DNA of 64,000 nucleotides, from contig JAVRCV020000065.1 of NCBI GenBank assembly GCA_034530615.2, positions 64,001-128,000 on the forward strand. Direction: 5' to 3'. Each line of letters begins with the position of its first letter. Position 1 is the stretch's first letter. A program made the translations under genes and the position numbers. This DNA comes from Aulosira sp. ZfuVER01 (GTDB lineage: Bacteria; Cyanobacteriota; Cyanobacteriia; Cyanobacteriales; Nostocaceae). The notes beneath the pieces were generated by a model. The model was not told the origin of the DNA. It saw only the letters and a program-made list of their open reading frames with translations, and made no database searches. Below are positions 39,123-49,544 of this stretch, one piece after another.

Positions 39123-40391
39123 ATGTTGGGATTATTACAAAGTTTCTTTGTTGATGGCGGATTTATTCCGCATGGACACTGCTACCTCTGGAAACCAGGG
39201 TTAGTATTGCTACACATCCTCTCAGATTCTTTGATTGCCTTAGCCTATTTTTCAATCCCTGTTGCACTGGTGTACTTTGTTCGCAAACGAGAGGATTTGC
39301 CTTTCAAATCAATACTGCTATTATTTGGAGCTTTTATCATCTCCTGCGGTACAACACATTTAATGGAAATATGGACGCTTTGGCATCCAACTTATTGGCT
39401 TTCTGGTTTAATTAAAGCGATAACGGCTTTTATTTCAATTTATACAGCTATTGTATTATTGCCGATAATTCCTCAAGCTCTAGCTATGCCAAGTCCAGCG
39501 CAACTGGAAACAGCTAACAGTCAACTGAAGCTGACACTGCAAGAATTATCGAAAACGCAGGCACAACTAATTCATACAGAAAAAATGTCTTCTCTAGGGC
39601 AATTAGTTGGGGGTATTGTTCATGAAATTAACAACCCGATTAACTTTATTTATGGCAATAGTACAGCAGCTAATGAATATGCCGAAAACTTGCTTGATTT
39701 GGTTTCGCTTTACCAAGAATACTATCCAAATCCCCAAGCAGAAATTCAAGTTCATGTTGAAAAAATTGATCTCGATTTCATTAGAGAAGACTTACCTAAA
39801 ATCTTATCTTCTATGCAAATGGGAGCCGATCGCATCCTTAAGCTAATCTTAGGTTTGCGAAATTTCTCTCGATTGGATGAAGCAGATGTCAAGGAAGTTG
39901 ATATTCACGAAGGTATTAATAGTACCCTTCTAATTTTACAGAGCCGCTTAAAAGGCAAAGCAGATCGTGCCGATATCCAAGTTATTAAAGAGTATGGTCA
40001 ATTGCCTAAAGTTGAGTGTTATCCTGGACAATTAAATCAAGTATTTCTTAATATTCTGAATAATGCTATTGATACTTTGAAAGGCTCAAATGAGCAGCCT
40101 AAAATTATAATTCATACTGAGGTTTTAGATAGTAGCAATCAAGTGCAGATCCGGATGGCTAATAATGGCTGTGGGATGACAGAAGATTTACAAGAAAATC
40201 ATCTCTTTTTTACTAACAAATCTATTGGTACAGTTACAAATCTAGGGATGTCAATTAGCTACCAAATCGTAGCTCAACATGGTGGTCACTTGAAATGTAT
40301 ATCAGCCTCGTCTCAAGGAACGGAAATTCTGATTCAAATTCCCATACGGATGAAATCTGCGGAATTAGCGAAAATACTGCCCTCTGGTTAA
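39123..40391 (+). CDS. Histidine-kinase-like sensor with ETR1-type ethylene-binding domain
   Basis: SDSLIALAYFSIP and FIISCGTTHL (Asp/Tyr/Cys/His of the ETR1 binding domain); HEINNP H-box; degenerate G1/G2 boxes. Confidence 0.85.
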   Translation: MLGLLQSFFVDGGFIPHGHCYLWKPGLVLLHILSDSLIALAYFSIPVALVYFVRKREDLPFKSILLLFGAFIISCGTTHLMEIWTLWHPTYWLSGLIKAITAFISIYTAIVLLPIIPQALAMPSPAQLETANSQLKLTLQELSKTQAQLIHTEKMSSLGQLVGGIVHEINNPINFIYGNSTAANEYAENLLDLVSLYQEYYPNPQAEIQVHVEKIDLDFIREDLPKILSSMQMGADRILKLILGLRNFSRLDEADVKEVDIHEGINSTLLILQSRLKGKADRADIQVIKEYGQLPKVECYPGQLNQVFLNILNNAIDTLKGSNEQPKIIIHTEVLDSSNQVQIRMANNGCGMTEDLQENHLFFTNKSIGTVTNLGMSISYQIVAQHGGHLKCISASSQGTEILIQIPIRMKSAELAKILPSG

Positions 40392-40530
40392 ATTATCAAT
40401 TAGAAATTCTCTAATAGTAGTAATTTTACATAAGTTTACGTATTTGCCGATATCTATAGTGAAGACTATGTTAGTTTTTCCGAGAACTTGGGTAATATAA
40501 ATTACCAAAAAAATAAATATTTGGTATAAA

Positions 40531-41169
40531 TTGATGTTAACAGTTGAGTTATCAACATCTGCTACTAGATTACAGCGTCGTCATGCTGGAGCGATCGCAG
40601 CTCTAGTTTTAATCAGCTTATTGAGTTCATTGAGTGGCTTTCACGTTCATGCGTCTATTTCTAATTCCTGGGAAGGTTTCCTTTGGGGAATCGCAGATCC
40701 AGTAATTAGCTTAGATCGTCTGGTTAGTCTTGTAGCCATCGGCTTACTCTCGGCGGGAATGGTTCGCGGTGCTTTGATTGCTGCGGCTTTTGTGTCAGCA
40801 GGAGTCTTTGGTACAGTAATTCATCTATGCCATGTGAATTTAGCAGGTGCAGAAATCGGGATTGCAACTTCCACGATTGCCATTGGCGCTATGCTAATGT
40901 TGTCAAAACAACCGAACTGGGTATTACTCTCATTGCTGGGAGCGATCGCAGGTTTATTTCACGGTTATGCTAGTACTGGATCTGCCATTGAAACGGGAAT
41001 GTTGCCTTTAGTTATTTATGTACTAGGCGTTACCTTAACTCAATGTGCTGTGGTGATGAGTGCTAGAGAAATTTACGCAATGTTACCAAATAGAATGCGC
41101 TTTGCTGGGTTAGCTTTTTTGGCGATCGGTATTGTATGTTTGCGCAACGCAATTAACTTAGTAATCTAA
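40531..41169 (+). CDS. HupE/UreJ family membrane protein (divergent)
   Basis: GFLWGIADPVISLDRL, AEIGIATS, GLFHGYA. Confidence 0.75.
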   Translation: MMLTVELSTSATRLQRRHAGAIAALVLISLLSSLSGFHVHASISNSWEGFLWGIADPVISLDRLVSLVAIGLLSAGMVRGALIAAAFVSAGVFGTVIHLCHVNLAGAEIGIATSTIAIGAMLMLSKQPNWVLLSLLGAIAGLFHGYASTGSAIETGMLPLVIYVLGVTLTQCAVVMSAREIYAMLPNRMRFAGLAFLAIGIVCLRNAINLVI

Positions 41170-41275
41170 ACAAATCAATTGTTGCTAATTTGAGTTGTGA
41201 AATGTTTTCTCAAGGCAGTCCTTCATCATTAGTGGTTGCTCATAAATGATTTAGGACTGCTATATATAGCTGTAA

Positions 41276-41953
41276 TTAGCAAGCTCCTGTTTTCTTGAAG
41301 ATTACATAAAAAGTTTTGCCAATTAACAACAAATCATAAAATATATGCCAATTTTGTTGATAGCGCAGATCTAGATCAACTATTTGTTCAAAATCTGTCA
41401 CCTGAGAACGACCATTAACTTGCCATTCGCCAGTTAAACCTGGTTTAACATTCAACCTTTGCCAGTGGCGCGGTGAATAATTAGCTACTTCATCAGCAGT
41501 AGGCGGACGTGTACCAACTAAGCTCATTTCACCTACTAAAACATTCCAAAACTGAGGTATTTCATCTAAGCTAGTACGTCGCAAAAATCGACCAACCTTA
41601 GTTATCCGAAAGTCATTTTGGTTTTTAAATATGAGTCCTTTAGCTTCATTCTCGACTAAAGACTTTAAATTTTCCGCATTGCTAACCATTGAACGGAATT
41701 TCCGAATCAGAAATGTTCTTCCTCGATATCCATATCTTTCTTGAGTAAAAAATATTGGTCCGGGACTATCGATTTTAATAGCGATCGCAATTGGCACAAA
41801 CACAATTGCTAAAATTAATAACCCTACTAAGCTACCTAAAATATCTAGACAACGTTTAAATTTGGATTTTAGCGAGGGGTGAGGAATAAATTTTAATTCC
41901 CAACCTGTAAAAGTTGCACTTTGAAAAACATTATGTAATTGTGTGGGGTACAT
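41276..41953 (-). CDS. Sugar transferase (polyprenyl-phosphate phosphoglycosyltransferase, Bac_transf)
   Basis: KRCLDI, KFRSM, RRTSLDEIPQFWNVLVGEMSLVGTRP, KPGLTGEWQV. Confidence 0.9.
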   Translation of the reverse strand: MYPTQLHNVFQSATFTGWELKFIPHPSLKSKFKRCLDILGSLVGLLILAIVFVPIAIAIKIDSPGPIFFTQERYGYRGRTFLIRKFRSMVSNAENLKSLVENEAKGLIFKNQNDFRITKVGRFLRRTSLDEIPQFWNVLVGEMSLVGTRPPTADEVANYSPRHWQRLNVKPGLTGEWQVNGRSQVTDFEQIVDLDLRYQQNWHIFYDLLLIGKTFYVIFKKTGAC

Positions 41954-42319
41954 CGTCCAAACTAAAATCAAGCGATAAAAGTAAAATTACTTAGCCTTGA
42001 TTTGAATATAAGCTTAAGAGTATTAAAAAGATTTTATTTTTTCCGTGTATTTACTTGATCTTTAACAAGGATGCTGAGATCGTGATTTTTTATATTTTTA
42101 GGATAAAGTTAATTAAACATCTCCGGACAAAGGCGACTAAACATTAGGAAAATTAGTCATCAAGTTCCTCTCGCTATAATTTGCTACGAATAAATACGTA
42201 AAAATTATCAATTACATTTTAAGAGTGGCGGTTTCATAGTGTTAATGCGTATATTAAATTATTCAATATCCGTAGCGATATTACTATGTTGATCTTTCAA
42301 AATTAGGGTGGTAAGGATC

Positions 42320-42625
42320 ATGATTTCAACAGGAGTCGAAGTTAAAATAGGTCGCTTGGAATCGATTGTTGAGCAAATCGGCGAAGCAGTACTTTCTACT
42401 ACGGAGACAATTGAGAGCCTCGCCCAAAGAATGGAGACTCTCAGCGTGCAAATGGAAGCCCAAGGAAAGCAGTTACAGCAGCAAGGTTATCAAATTTTCG
42501 CATTGTGTGACGCTGTACAAACCCTTGCTGAATCTCAGGATGATTCATTACAAAAACTCAGCCAACTCACCCAAACCTTAGATAAGCTGATGATACTGCT
42601 CCAAGGGTCAGATGAGGAGGAGTAG
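42320..42625 (+). CDS. Small coiled-coil hypothetical protein
   Basis: Heptad L/I/V pattern; AAGGA RBS before ATG 42320. Confidence 0.7.
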   Translation: MISTGVEVKIGRLESIVEQIGEAVLSTTETIESLAQRMETLSVQMEAQGKQLQQQGYQIFALCDAVQTLAESQDDSLQKLSQLTQTLDKLMILLQGSDEEE

Positions 42626-42626
42626 T

Positions 42627-42711
42627 AGGGAGACAAGAGAGTGTGGGGAGTGTGGGGAGTGTGGGGAGAAATAACTAATGACCATTGACTCTTGACTCTG
42701 GACTCTTGACT
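42627..42711. repeat. STRR cluster
   Basis: GAGTGTGGG x3 and GACTCTT heptamers. Confidence 0.7.
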
Positions 42712-43390
42712 ACACCCTTAATTTGGTAACAGCAATGTTACCCGAAAAACAGACATCCACATCGCTACCAGGAGTGCGATCGCGTTTTGCATATTCCCCT
42801 ACATAATAAAAATCATCGCCTTCTATTCGATAGTTAATTGGTAAGGCTTTGGTACAGGGTTGGCAAAACACCACTTCCGGGTATGGTTCTCCTGGTTGCA
42901 GATGTGGCAAATTCACATTCCAGAAGTGTCCTGGTTCTAGGGAACGCTGGAGTAAGTCAGCTAAAACTTCCGCTGTGAATTTAGCAGCAAGTTCCCAGTC
43001 ATAATCTTGCTTGGCTTTGCGATAGTGGGAAATAGCAATCCCTGGTATACCGTTCATTGCAGCTTCTCGTACCGCCGCCACAGTACCAGAAATATAGGCA
43101 TCTACGCCCAAGTTACCCCCAGCATTGATCCCCGACAACACAAATTTGATATCGTCACTAATTTGTGATATTGCAATTCTTACGCAATCAGCAGGAGTAC
43201 CGGCGATCGCATATTCAGTTTGCGATCGTCGCTGGAGAGTAATGGGGCGAGTAGTCGTAACTTGATGTCCACAGCCAGATTGATGATCTCTCGGCGCAGC
43301 GACAATTACATTTTTGTCCTTGACAGCATTGAGTAGCGCTTTAATTCCAGGCGCATCGATACCGTCGTCATTAGTGAGGATGATAGTCAT
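42710..43390 (-). CDS. surE: 5'/3'-nucleotidase SurE
   Basis: ILTNDDGIDAPG, GTPADCV, SGINAGGNLG, SGTVAA. Confidence 0.93.
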   Translation of the reverse strand: MTIILTNDDGIDAPGIKALLNAVKDKNVIVAAPRDHQSGCGHQVTTTRPITLQRRSQTEYAIAGTPADCVRIAISQISDDIKFVLSGINAGGNLGVDAYISGTVAAVREAAMNGIPGIAISHYRKAKQDYDWELAAKFTAEVLADLLQRSLEPGHFWNVNLPHLQPGEPYPEVVFCQPCTKALPINYRIEGDDFYYVGEYAKRDRTPGSDVDVCFSGNIAVTKLRV

Positions 43391-43441
43391 ATATTTATAC
43401 TGAGGAGCCAAGCATCCATTGCTGTAAATTGAGGAAAGCAA

Positions 43442-45181
43442 ATGGAATTTTATCGTCAACCGCCCTTAGAGTCTAACAATCTCCTGCAACAGCTAGCCCA
43501 GTTGAGTGATGAGCAACTGCAACGAGATTACCTCAATTACCTGCAATGGACAGAACTTATAGCGCAGATGTTAGCGCAGCTAGAGGATGAGGCTCAAGCG
43601 TTACGAGTTGTCAGGTTAGCCTTAGAGATAGATTTGCGATTAGGGGCAAAGTTAGCAGGAGCAGTAAAACCAGAGTTTCAAGTGCAAACTGTGGGTTTGG
43701 TAACTGCATTACAAGTCCCTGAAGTATTGAAAGTTCAACTTTTGGGGATTACACGTTCTGACTATGCCATTCCCTATCTGGTAGAAGCATTGAATGACGA
43801 GGAAAGCTGTATTCCTCGGACTGCTACATTTGCCTTTGGTGAAATTAAATCTGATGTGGCGGTGAGAGCATTGATTGAGGCATTAAACCATCAAAAATCA
43901 GATGTCTATTGGCCAGCTCCTTACATCTTGGGGCAAATTGGATCGCAGTTAGCTGAAGCAGGATTAATTCATGCTTTGAACCATGAAAATTCTTGGGTTC
44001 GTGGTAACGCTGCTGAAGCATTAGCAGAAATAGGTAGAGAAGAAATTGTATACTTATTGATTCCATCTTTGAGAGACAAAAATCCTTATGTTGTACAAAT
44101 GGCTGCGTCTACCTTAGGAAAAATTGGTTATGAGGTTTCTGTACCAGCATTAATTGAAGTTTTGCAGCATGAAAATCCTAAAGTTCGTATCCAGGCTGCT
44201 TCTGCTTTAGGGAAAATTAAATCTGAAGTAGCGATTCCTTCACTAATTAAAGCATTAAATGATGAATCTCCTTCAGTCAATTGGTATGTTGCTGATGCTT
44301 TGGGTAAAATTGGATCTGAAACAGCAGTTACAGCACTAATTCAAGCTTTGCAACATGAAAACTATCGAATTAGATATAGTGCTACTTCTGCTTTAGGAGA
44401 AATCAAATCTCTACAAGTAGAGGAAGCATTAATTCCATTACTTTTAGATGAAAACTGGATGGTTCAGGATCGTGCTGTTGCTGCATTGGGAAATATTGGC
44501 TCTGATACAGCACAAGCAACTTTAATAGAAGCTTTTCATAGCGGATATCTTTATCTCAATGCTATTCGTTCGTTAGGAATGACTGCGCCTCAATTGGCAG
44601 AGAGACTACTAATTCAGATGTTGAATAATCAATCTCATCAGATTGATGCTATCCGTGCTTTAGGGCAAATTGGTTCTCAGATTGCCATTCCGGTACTAAT
44701 TCAAGCTCTTAACAATGTAGATTTTAAAGTTAGCCAAGCCGCTGCTTTTGCTTTAGGTAACATTGGCTCTGATGTAGCTGTTCCATTTCTCATAGAAGCT
44801 ATGAACAATAAGAATGAATTTGTTCAGGAGAGTGCTGCGACGATTTTGGGAGAACTTGGCTCAGAAGCAGCAATTCCTGGACTAACTCATGCTTTAAATG
44901 ATGGCTGTCCTTTGATTAAATCAACAGCAGCGACAGCATTAGGAAAAATTAGTTCCCAAGCAGCTATAGCAGCATTGATAGAAGCTTTGAATAAATATGT
45001 AACTGATGATGATATTGATCATATTGCTATAACAGTTGCTGAAGCATTAGAAAAAAAAGGTACTACTGAAGCGCTACCTTATTTAGCAAAAATACTACTA
45101 AAACCAACTGGTTCCAAATCTACGTTTATCGAAACTGTATTTAATACGATCGCTGCGATTCAACATCGCTCTGGATACTAA
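43442..45181 (+). CDS. HEAT (PBS-lyase-like) repeat protein
   Basis: More than ten ~31-aa repeats of L..AL.....VR..AA.ALG.IG. Confidence 0.9.
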   Translation: MEFYRQPPLESNNLLQQLAQLSDEQLQRDYLNYLQWTELIAQMLAQLEDEAQALRVVRLALEIDLRLGAKLAGAVKPEFQVQTVGLVTALQVPEVLKVQLLGITRSDYAIPYLVEALNDEESCIPRTATFAFGEIKSDVAVRALIEALNHQKSDVYWPAPYILGQIGSQLAEAGLIHALNHENSWVRGNAAEALAEIGREEIVYLLIPSLRDKNPYVVQMAASTLGKIGYEVSVPALIEVLQHENPKVRIQAASALGKIKSEVAIPSLIKALNDESPSVNWYVADALGKIGSETAVTALIQALQHENYRIRYSATSALGEIKSLQVEEALIPLLLDENWMVQDRAVAALGNIGSDTAQATLIEAFHSGYLYLNAIRSLGMTAPQLAERLLIQMLNNQSHQIDAIRALGQIGSQIAIPVLIQALNNVDFKVSQAAAFALGNIGSDVAVPFLIEAMNNKNEFVQESAATILGELGSEAAIPGLTHALNDGCPLIKSTAATALGKISSQAAIAALIEALNKYVTDDDIDHIAITVAEALEKKGTTEALPYLAKILLKPTGSKSTFIETVFNTIAAIQHRSGY

Positions 45182-45217
45182 AACTATGCGATCGCTCATT
45201 CATAAAAATTTTCTAAG

Positions 45218-45781
45218 CTAAACTTGCAACTCAAATCCAGGTAATATATCTTCTCCAGAAAGAATCGCTGGCATTTGCACAATTTCTACAGCTTTGTTGT
45301 GTCGGTAAATTTCCACTGTTGCATCTTGAGGATTAATCAGCCAACCCAAACGCAAACCATTTTTTATATATTCCTGCATTTTCTCTTGCAGAGGTTGGAG
45401 CCTATCTGTTTCAGAACGCAGTTCAATGGCAAAATCAGGTACAAGTGGCGGAAATTTTTTTCGCTGTTCTGGTGTTAAAGCTTCCCACCGTTCCAACTTT
45501 ACCCAAGCCGCATCAGGGGAACGTTTTGCACCATTTGGCAGGATAAAAATAGTTGAAGAACTAAAAACTTTGCCTAATTTAGCTTGACGATTCCAAATTT
45601 CTAAATCAGCGATTAGTCCAGCTTCTTGATTTCCGCTTTCTCCTCCTACTGGCGGCACAATGATTAATTCTCCTGCTGCACTCATTTCCAGGCTTAAATC
45701 CTTATTAGCAATACACAATTGATAAAATTGCTCATCGGTTAAATGAGCGATCGGTTCGAGATTGAGAACAACAGTATTCAT
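45218..45781 (-). CDS. Uma2 (DUF820) family protein
   Basis: TDEQFYQLC, RSPDAAW, PDFAIELRS, LGWLINP. Confidence 0.9.
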   Translation of the reverse strand: MNTVVLNLEPIAHLTDEQFYQLCIANKDLSLEMSAAGELIIVPPVGGESGNQEAGLIADLEIWNRQAKLGKVFSSSTIFILPNGAKRSPDAAWVKLERWEALTPEQRKKFPPLVPDFAIELRSETDRLQPLQEKMQEYIKNGLRLGWLINPQDATVEIYRHNKAVEIVQMPAILSGEDILPGFELQV

Positions 45782-46241
45782 TGAACTTTTCCTCGTGCCT
45801 TTTTTGCTAACATTAATTGCCTTTAATTACAAGTTTAGCAGTGTAATTTAATCCTACTCCCCCATTACAAAGGTTTGCTACAGAGGGTACTCACCTCAAA
45901 TACAATCCAATTCACCATAAGGAAATCTACCTCCGCTTGAAAGTAGCGATCGCCTCTATTGCCCAAAATCGTTGGGAATAAGTTAAGTCAATCAGCAAAA
46001 AATCTTGAGCTATATGGTATAATCTGCCAATGGTTTGCAAAATCCGCCCAATTTAGATAAATTCCTAAATCGGGCGGTATTTCTTAGCGGTAGTTAGTCT
46101 GTACTGCAACCATCAAAATTGACAATAAAATCTATCTTTTGGGTATAGCGAAAACTTTCAGCTGTAAAAAGCTATAAACCAGGTGATTTTGACATTGGTT
46201 GTGTAGTATTTTTGGTGCAAGACTGTCTGCGAGTTTATCTA

Positions 46242-46985
46242 ATGAAACAGCTCCTCAACCAAGTAATTATCATCCCACAATACCTGATTAGGCTAATTCT
46301 GCCATTAGTAGCGATCGCTCTAGTTTCTTGCCTCGTTGTGCCATCGGCATTAGCTACTGGCGCATATCAAATACCCAACCTAGCTGTAGACAATAGCACC
46401 TGGGTTGTGGATCAAGCAGAGGCAATCAGCCGTGTAAATGAAGGTCAAATTAGCAGCAAGTTGGCAGATTTGGCTAAGAAAACTGGTTACGAAACCAGAA
46501 TTGTCACCATTCGCCGCCTTGACTATGGGGAAACACCAGAAAGTTTTGCCAAAGCGCTGTTTGAAAAATGGTTTCCCACAAAAGAAGCACAAGCCAATCA
46601 AACTCTATTGGTAATTGACACAGTTACCAATGGCACAGCCATCATCACTGGAGATAAAGTCAAGTCTTTGCTATCAGACTCTATTGCTGAGAGCGTAGCT
46701 TCAGAAACTGTCATGGCTCCATTGCGTAATGGTAATAAATATAACCAAGCATTCTTAGATGCGAGCGATCGCCTAGTCGCCGTTCTCTCTGGGCAAGCCG
46801 ATCCCGGCCCACCGAAAATCGTTGAGAATGTGCAGGTAGAAGGCACATTCAAGACAGCAGAAGAAACTGACAAAGATAAAGGTAATGCCACTGCTTGGGT
46901 GGTAGGGCTATTAATTGCGGCTACTATTATCCCAATGGCGACTTATTATCTTTACCAAGTTAATCAACCAACGAACAATGGCTAA
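46242..46985 (+). CDS. psb32: Photosystem II repair protein Psb32 (TPM domain)
   Basis: Signal ALA-TG, WVVDQAE, RRLDYGET, KYNQAFLDASDRL, C-terminal TM ATIIPMATYY. Confidence 0.85.
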   Translation: MKQLLNQVIIIPQYLIRLILPLVAIALVSCLVVPSALATGAYQIPNLAVDNSTWVVDQAEAISRVNEGQISSKLADLAKKTGYETRIVTIRRLDYGETPESFAKALFEKWFPTKEAQANQTLLVIDTVTNGTAIITGDKVKSLLSDSIAESVASETVMAPLRNGNKYNQAFLDASDRLVAVLSGQADPGPPKIVENVQVEGTFKTAEETDKDKGNATAWVVGLLIAATIIPMATYYLYQVNQPTNNG

Positions 46986-47041
46986 TAGCTGATAGCTGAC
47001 TGTTAACCGTTAACTGTCAACTGTCAACAATTAGCAGTTAA
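46985..47041. repeat. STRR heptamer run
   Basis: ATAGCTG x2 and ACTGTTA/ACTGTCA repeats. Confidence 0.65.
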
Positions 47042-47043
47042 AT

Positions 47044-47427
47044 TCAATCTTGAACGTACTCTTGCCCTGTCACTAAAGCCACCTCAGCCCGGACAAATTC
47101 TCTACCTAAATAGGCTGCATGGTCTAAAAGACTTACAGGACAGGGCTGAGTTTCTTCAAAGATTTTGATGCAAAGTTCCTTGGCTGTTCTCCCACTAAAT
47201 ACAGTTGTGTGAGTTCGTTCTACTTTTCCCCTAGCAGGAATCACCTTCCCCGTTTCTGGATCTACAGCTAAACCACGCTCATCAATTACATTTGTAAAAT
47301 GCTTGGCATAAATTAACTTTGCTTCCCGATCCAAGTAGATAATGAAATATCCGCTAGGGTCAAGTTCAATATGACGCCCAGAAAGCAGATCGTCAATTGC
47401 TGCCAAATCTTCTACCATCAAATTCAT
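47044..47427 (-). CDS. DUF4346 domain protein
   Basis: LDPSGYFII, GRTAKEL, LDHAAYLGRE, YVQD. Confidence 0.85.
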   Translation of the reverse strand: MNLMVEDLAAIDDLLSGRHIELDPSGYFIIYLDREAKLIYAKHFTNVIDERGLAVDPETGKVIPARGKVERTHTTVFSGRTAKELCIKIFEETQPCPVSLLDHAAYLGREFVRAEVALVTGQEYVQD

Positions 47428-47533
47428 AGTTATTCTTAAAATCAAATTTCCGCAAAAAAGTTTTTGCACTCTATTTCAAGTGTAATTCTTCCTTTCCTAT
47501 ATTCCCGTGTATTCTTAGTCTGTTTATAATTTA

Positions 47534-48721
47534 TTAGCTCTCAGCATCTTGTTTACTAAAAGGTAACTTCGCATTCATCGCCTCAATTTCCTGCTGTTCG
47601 AGTTGATTCACTTCTCTGATATAGGGCAGCAAAATTTGTGATAAACGACTGTTGTAAAATCTGTGCAAACTTTGATTGGGTTTAGCAGGAAAACCGCGCC
47701 GTTTTTTGTGGCGTCCACCAGCACCTGGATCAAACATTTGGATATCGTTAGCGATCGCCCATTGAATGGGTGCATAATAGCAAGCATCAAAATGTAAGCA
47801 ATCTATTTCTTGAAAACTTCCCCAATAGCGCCCATATAGTCTGTCACCTTTAAATAAACAAAAAGACATTCCTATGGGGTGTCGACTATCTTGTTCGCTG
47901 TATGCTGCAAAAAACAACACTCGATGGCGATAATTGCTGTGTAACTGTTCAAAAAACCGTTTTGTCAGGTATTTACTACCCCACCAGCCAAACTTGTCAC
48001 AAGTATCCGCATAGAACTGATACATCAAAGGAAACAAGGAATGAGGGATGTCATCACCAGTCAGTGGTTGTAATCGTAAACCCGCCTTTTCTACTGCTTT
48101 GCGTTCCCGCTTAATATTGCGGCGCTGATTGGCGTTGAACACAGCTAAGTAATCATCAAAATTTTTAAATCCTCCATTTTCCCAGATGTAGCTGTGATGC
48201 AACCAACTTGTAAAACCTTGCCTTTCCAGCACAGGACGCCATTGGGGATCGACATAAAGAAAATGACACCCAGAAATGCGCTGCTTAGTGCAGAAAGAGT
48301 CAATCTCATGCACCATCAAGCCTGTAATTTCATCCTCATCTTCTCCAGAGGCAATCAAGAAACGATAGCCTTCAGCAGGAGTAAACGGTGTCATTCCCAA
48401 CAATTTCGGGTAATAATCCACCCCAATACGTTCAGCTAAATTTGCCCACTGGTGATCGAAAACAAATTCACCAGCACTATGTCCTTTCAAGTACAGAGGG
48501 GCCGCAGCAATCAATTCTCTATCGCGCCATAGTGTTAAGTGATTTGGCAACCAACCAGTTCTGCGTGTTGCACTGTGGGATATCTCCAGATTGTTCAGCC
48601 ACTCCCACTCTAAAAAAGGAGTTTTGAGGGGTAATGCCAAAGCATCCCAAGCCTGTTGGGGTATTTCGGCAATTTTATCGATCCAAACGATAGAATAGCG
48701 AGGTTTTAGTTTTTCTATCAT
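47534..48721 (-). CDS. GNAT/FemAB-like protein (DUF482)
   Basis: LYLKGHSAGEFVFDH, PFTP, LYGRYWG, LHFDACYY; start moved to ATG 48721. Confidence 0.85.
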   Translation of the reverse strand: MIEKLKPRYSIVWIDKIAEIPQQAWDALALPLKTPFLEWEWLNNLEISHSATRRTGWLPNHLTLWRDRELIAAAPLYLKGHSAGEFVFDHQWANLAERIGVDYYPKLLGMTPFTPAEGYRFLIASGEDEDEITGLMVHEIDSFCTKQRISGCHFLYVDPQWRPVLERQGFTSWLHHSYIWENGGFKNFDDYLAVFNANQRRNIKRERKAVEKAGLRLQPLTGDDIPHSLFPLMYQFYADTCDKFGWWGSKYLTKRFFEQLHSNYRHRVLFFAAYSEQDSRHPIGMSFCLFKGDRLYGRYWGSFQEIDCLHFDACYYAPIQWAIANDIQMFDPGAGGRHKKRRGFPAKPNQSLHRFYNSRLSQILLPYIREVNQLEQQEIEAMNAKLPFSKQDAES

Positions 48722-48851
48722 CGTGTGGGTTTTTAGGTAACTAGGATGAGGGAGATGAAGGAGACAAGGGAGATATAGGAGTGTGGGAAGTGTGGGGAGT
48801 TTTCTTCCCCCTCTTTTCATCATGCCCCATGCCCAATTTCTATAGGGTAAT

Positions 48852-49544
48852 CTAATCTAGCGATCGTTGTAGCCGATAGTGCAAAAACACTTCCTGCTCA
48901 ACTTGATGAACTTCTAAAAGTTGGAGGCGGGGTGCCAAATTCGCCAGAAATCCTTCGCCAGATACTGGTGTGGGTGCATTAGCACCACCTAAAATCAAGG
49001 GACAGACCGTCAACCATAATTCATCTATTAAATCTAGTTCCAGCATTGACGCTACTAACTCCCCACCCCCCAATACTACTAAGCGTGTTATATGTAGAGA
49101 TACCAGGTGTTTTAGTGCGGCAGGAGTATCTATCTTGCCCTTTGGTGTTTCAAAAACCAGAATTTGATCGAATTCTGATTGTCCTTGCCAGGAAAGTGCG
49201 CCAACTGTAGTTGTAAGCAACCAGCGTTTAATTGGTTGTTGAAAAAAGTGAATTTCCGGATTGAGGTTAGCAGATTGTGTAATGACTATATGAACTGGCT
49301 GGGTAGATTTGCCCTCCTGTGTTCGACGTTGCAGCAGTGTAGGATGTGATACGGTTAGTGTAGTACCGTATGCACGAAGTGTACCAGCACCAAAGAGAAC
49401 GGCATCAGAGGCGGCGATTTGTTTTTCCAGGTGTGCTTTATCAGCCTTTGAGCCAAACCGAGCAGGCGATCGCCTAAAGTCGGCTATTTTGCCATCTGCA
49501 CTCATTGCCAAAACCACTGTGGTGTGAGGACGATGTTGCACCAT
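48852..49544 (-). CDS. RibD C-terminal (pyrimidine reductase/DHFR-like) family protein
   Basis: AMSADGKI, DAVLFGAGT, VLGGGEL, LIDELWLTVCPLILGG. Confidence 0.88.
   Translation of the reverse strand: MVQHRPHTTVVLAMSADGKIADFRRSPARFGSKADKAHLEKQIAASDAVLFGAGTLRAYGTTLTVSHPTLLQRRTQEGKSTQPVHIVITQSANLNPEIHFFQQPIKRWLLTTTVGALSWQGQSEFDQILVFETPKGKIDTPAALKHLVSLHITRLVVLGGGELVASMLELDLIDELWLTVCPLILGGANAPTPVSGEGFLANLAPRLQLLEVHQVEQEVFLHYRLQRSLD

Noticed and set aside
42122..42127. TCCGGA as a heterocyst DIF1 promoter motif
   Set aside because: A single hexamer with no convincing -10 at the expected distance on either strand.
48722..48823. N-terminal extension of the GNAT ORF
   Set aside because: Encoded by STRR repeats; ATG 48721 is the more plausible start.
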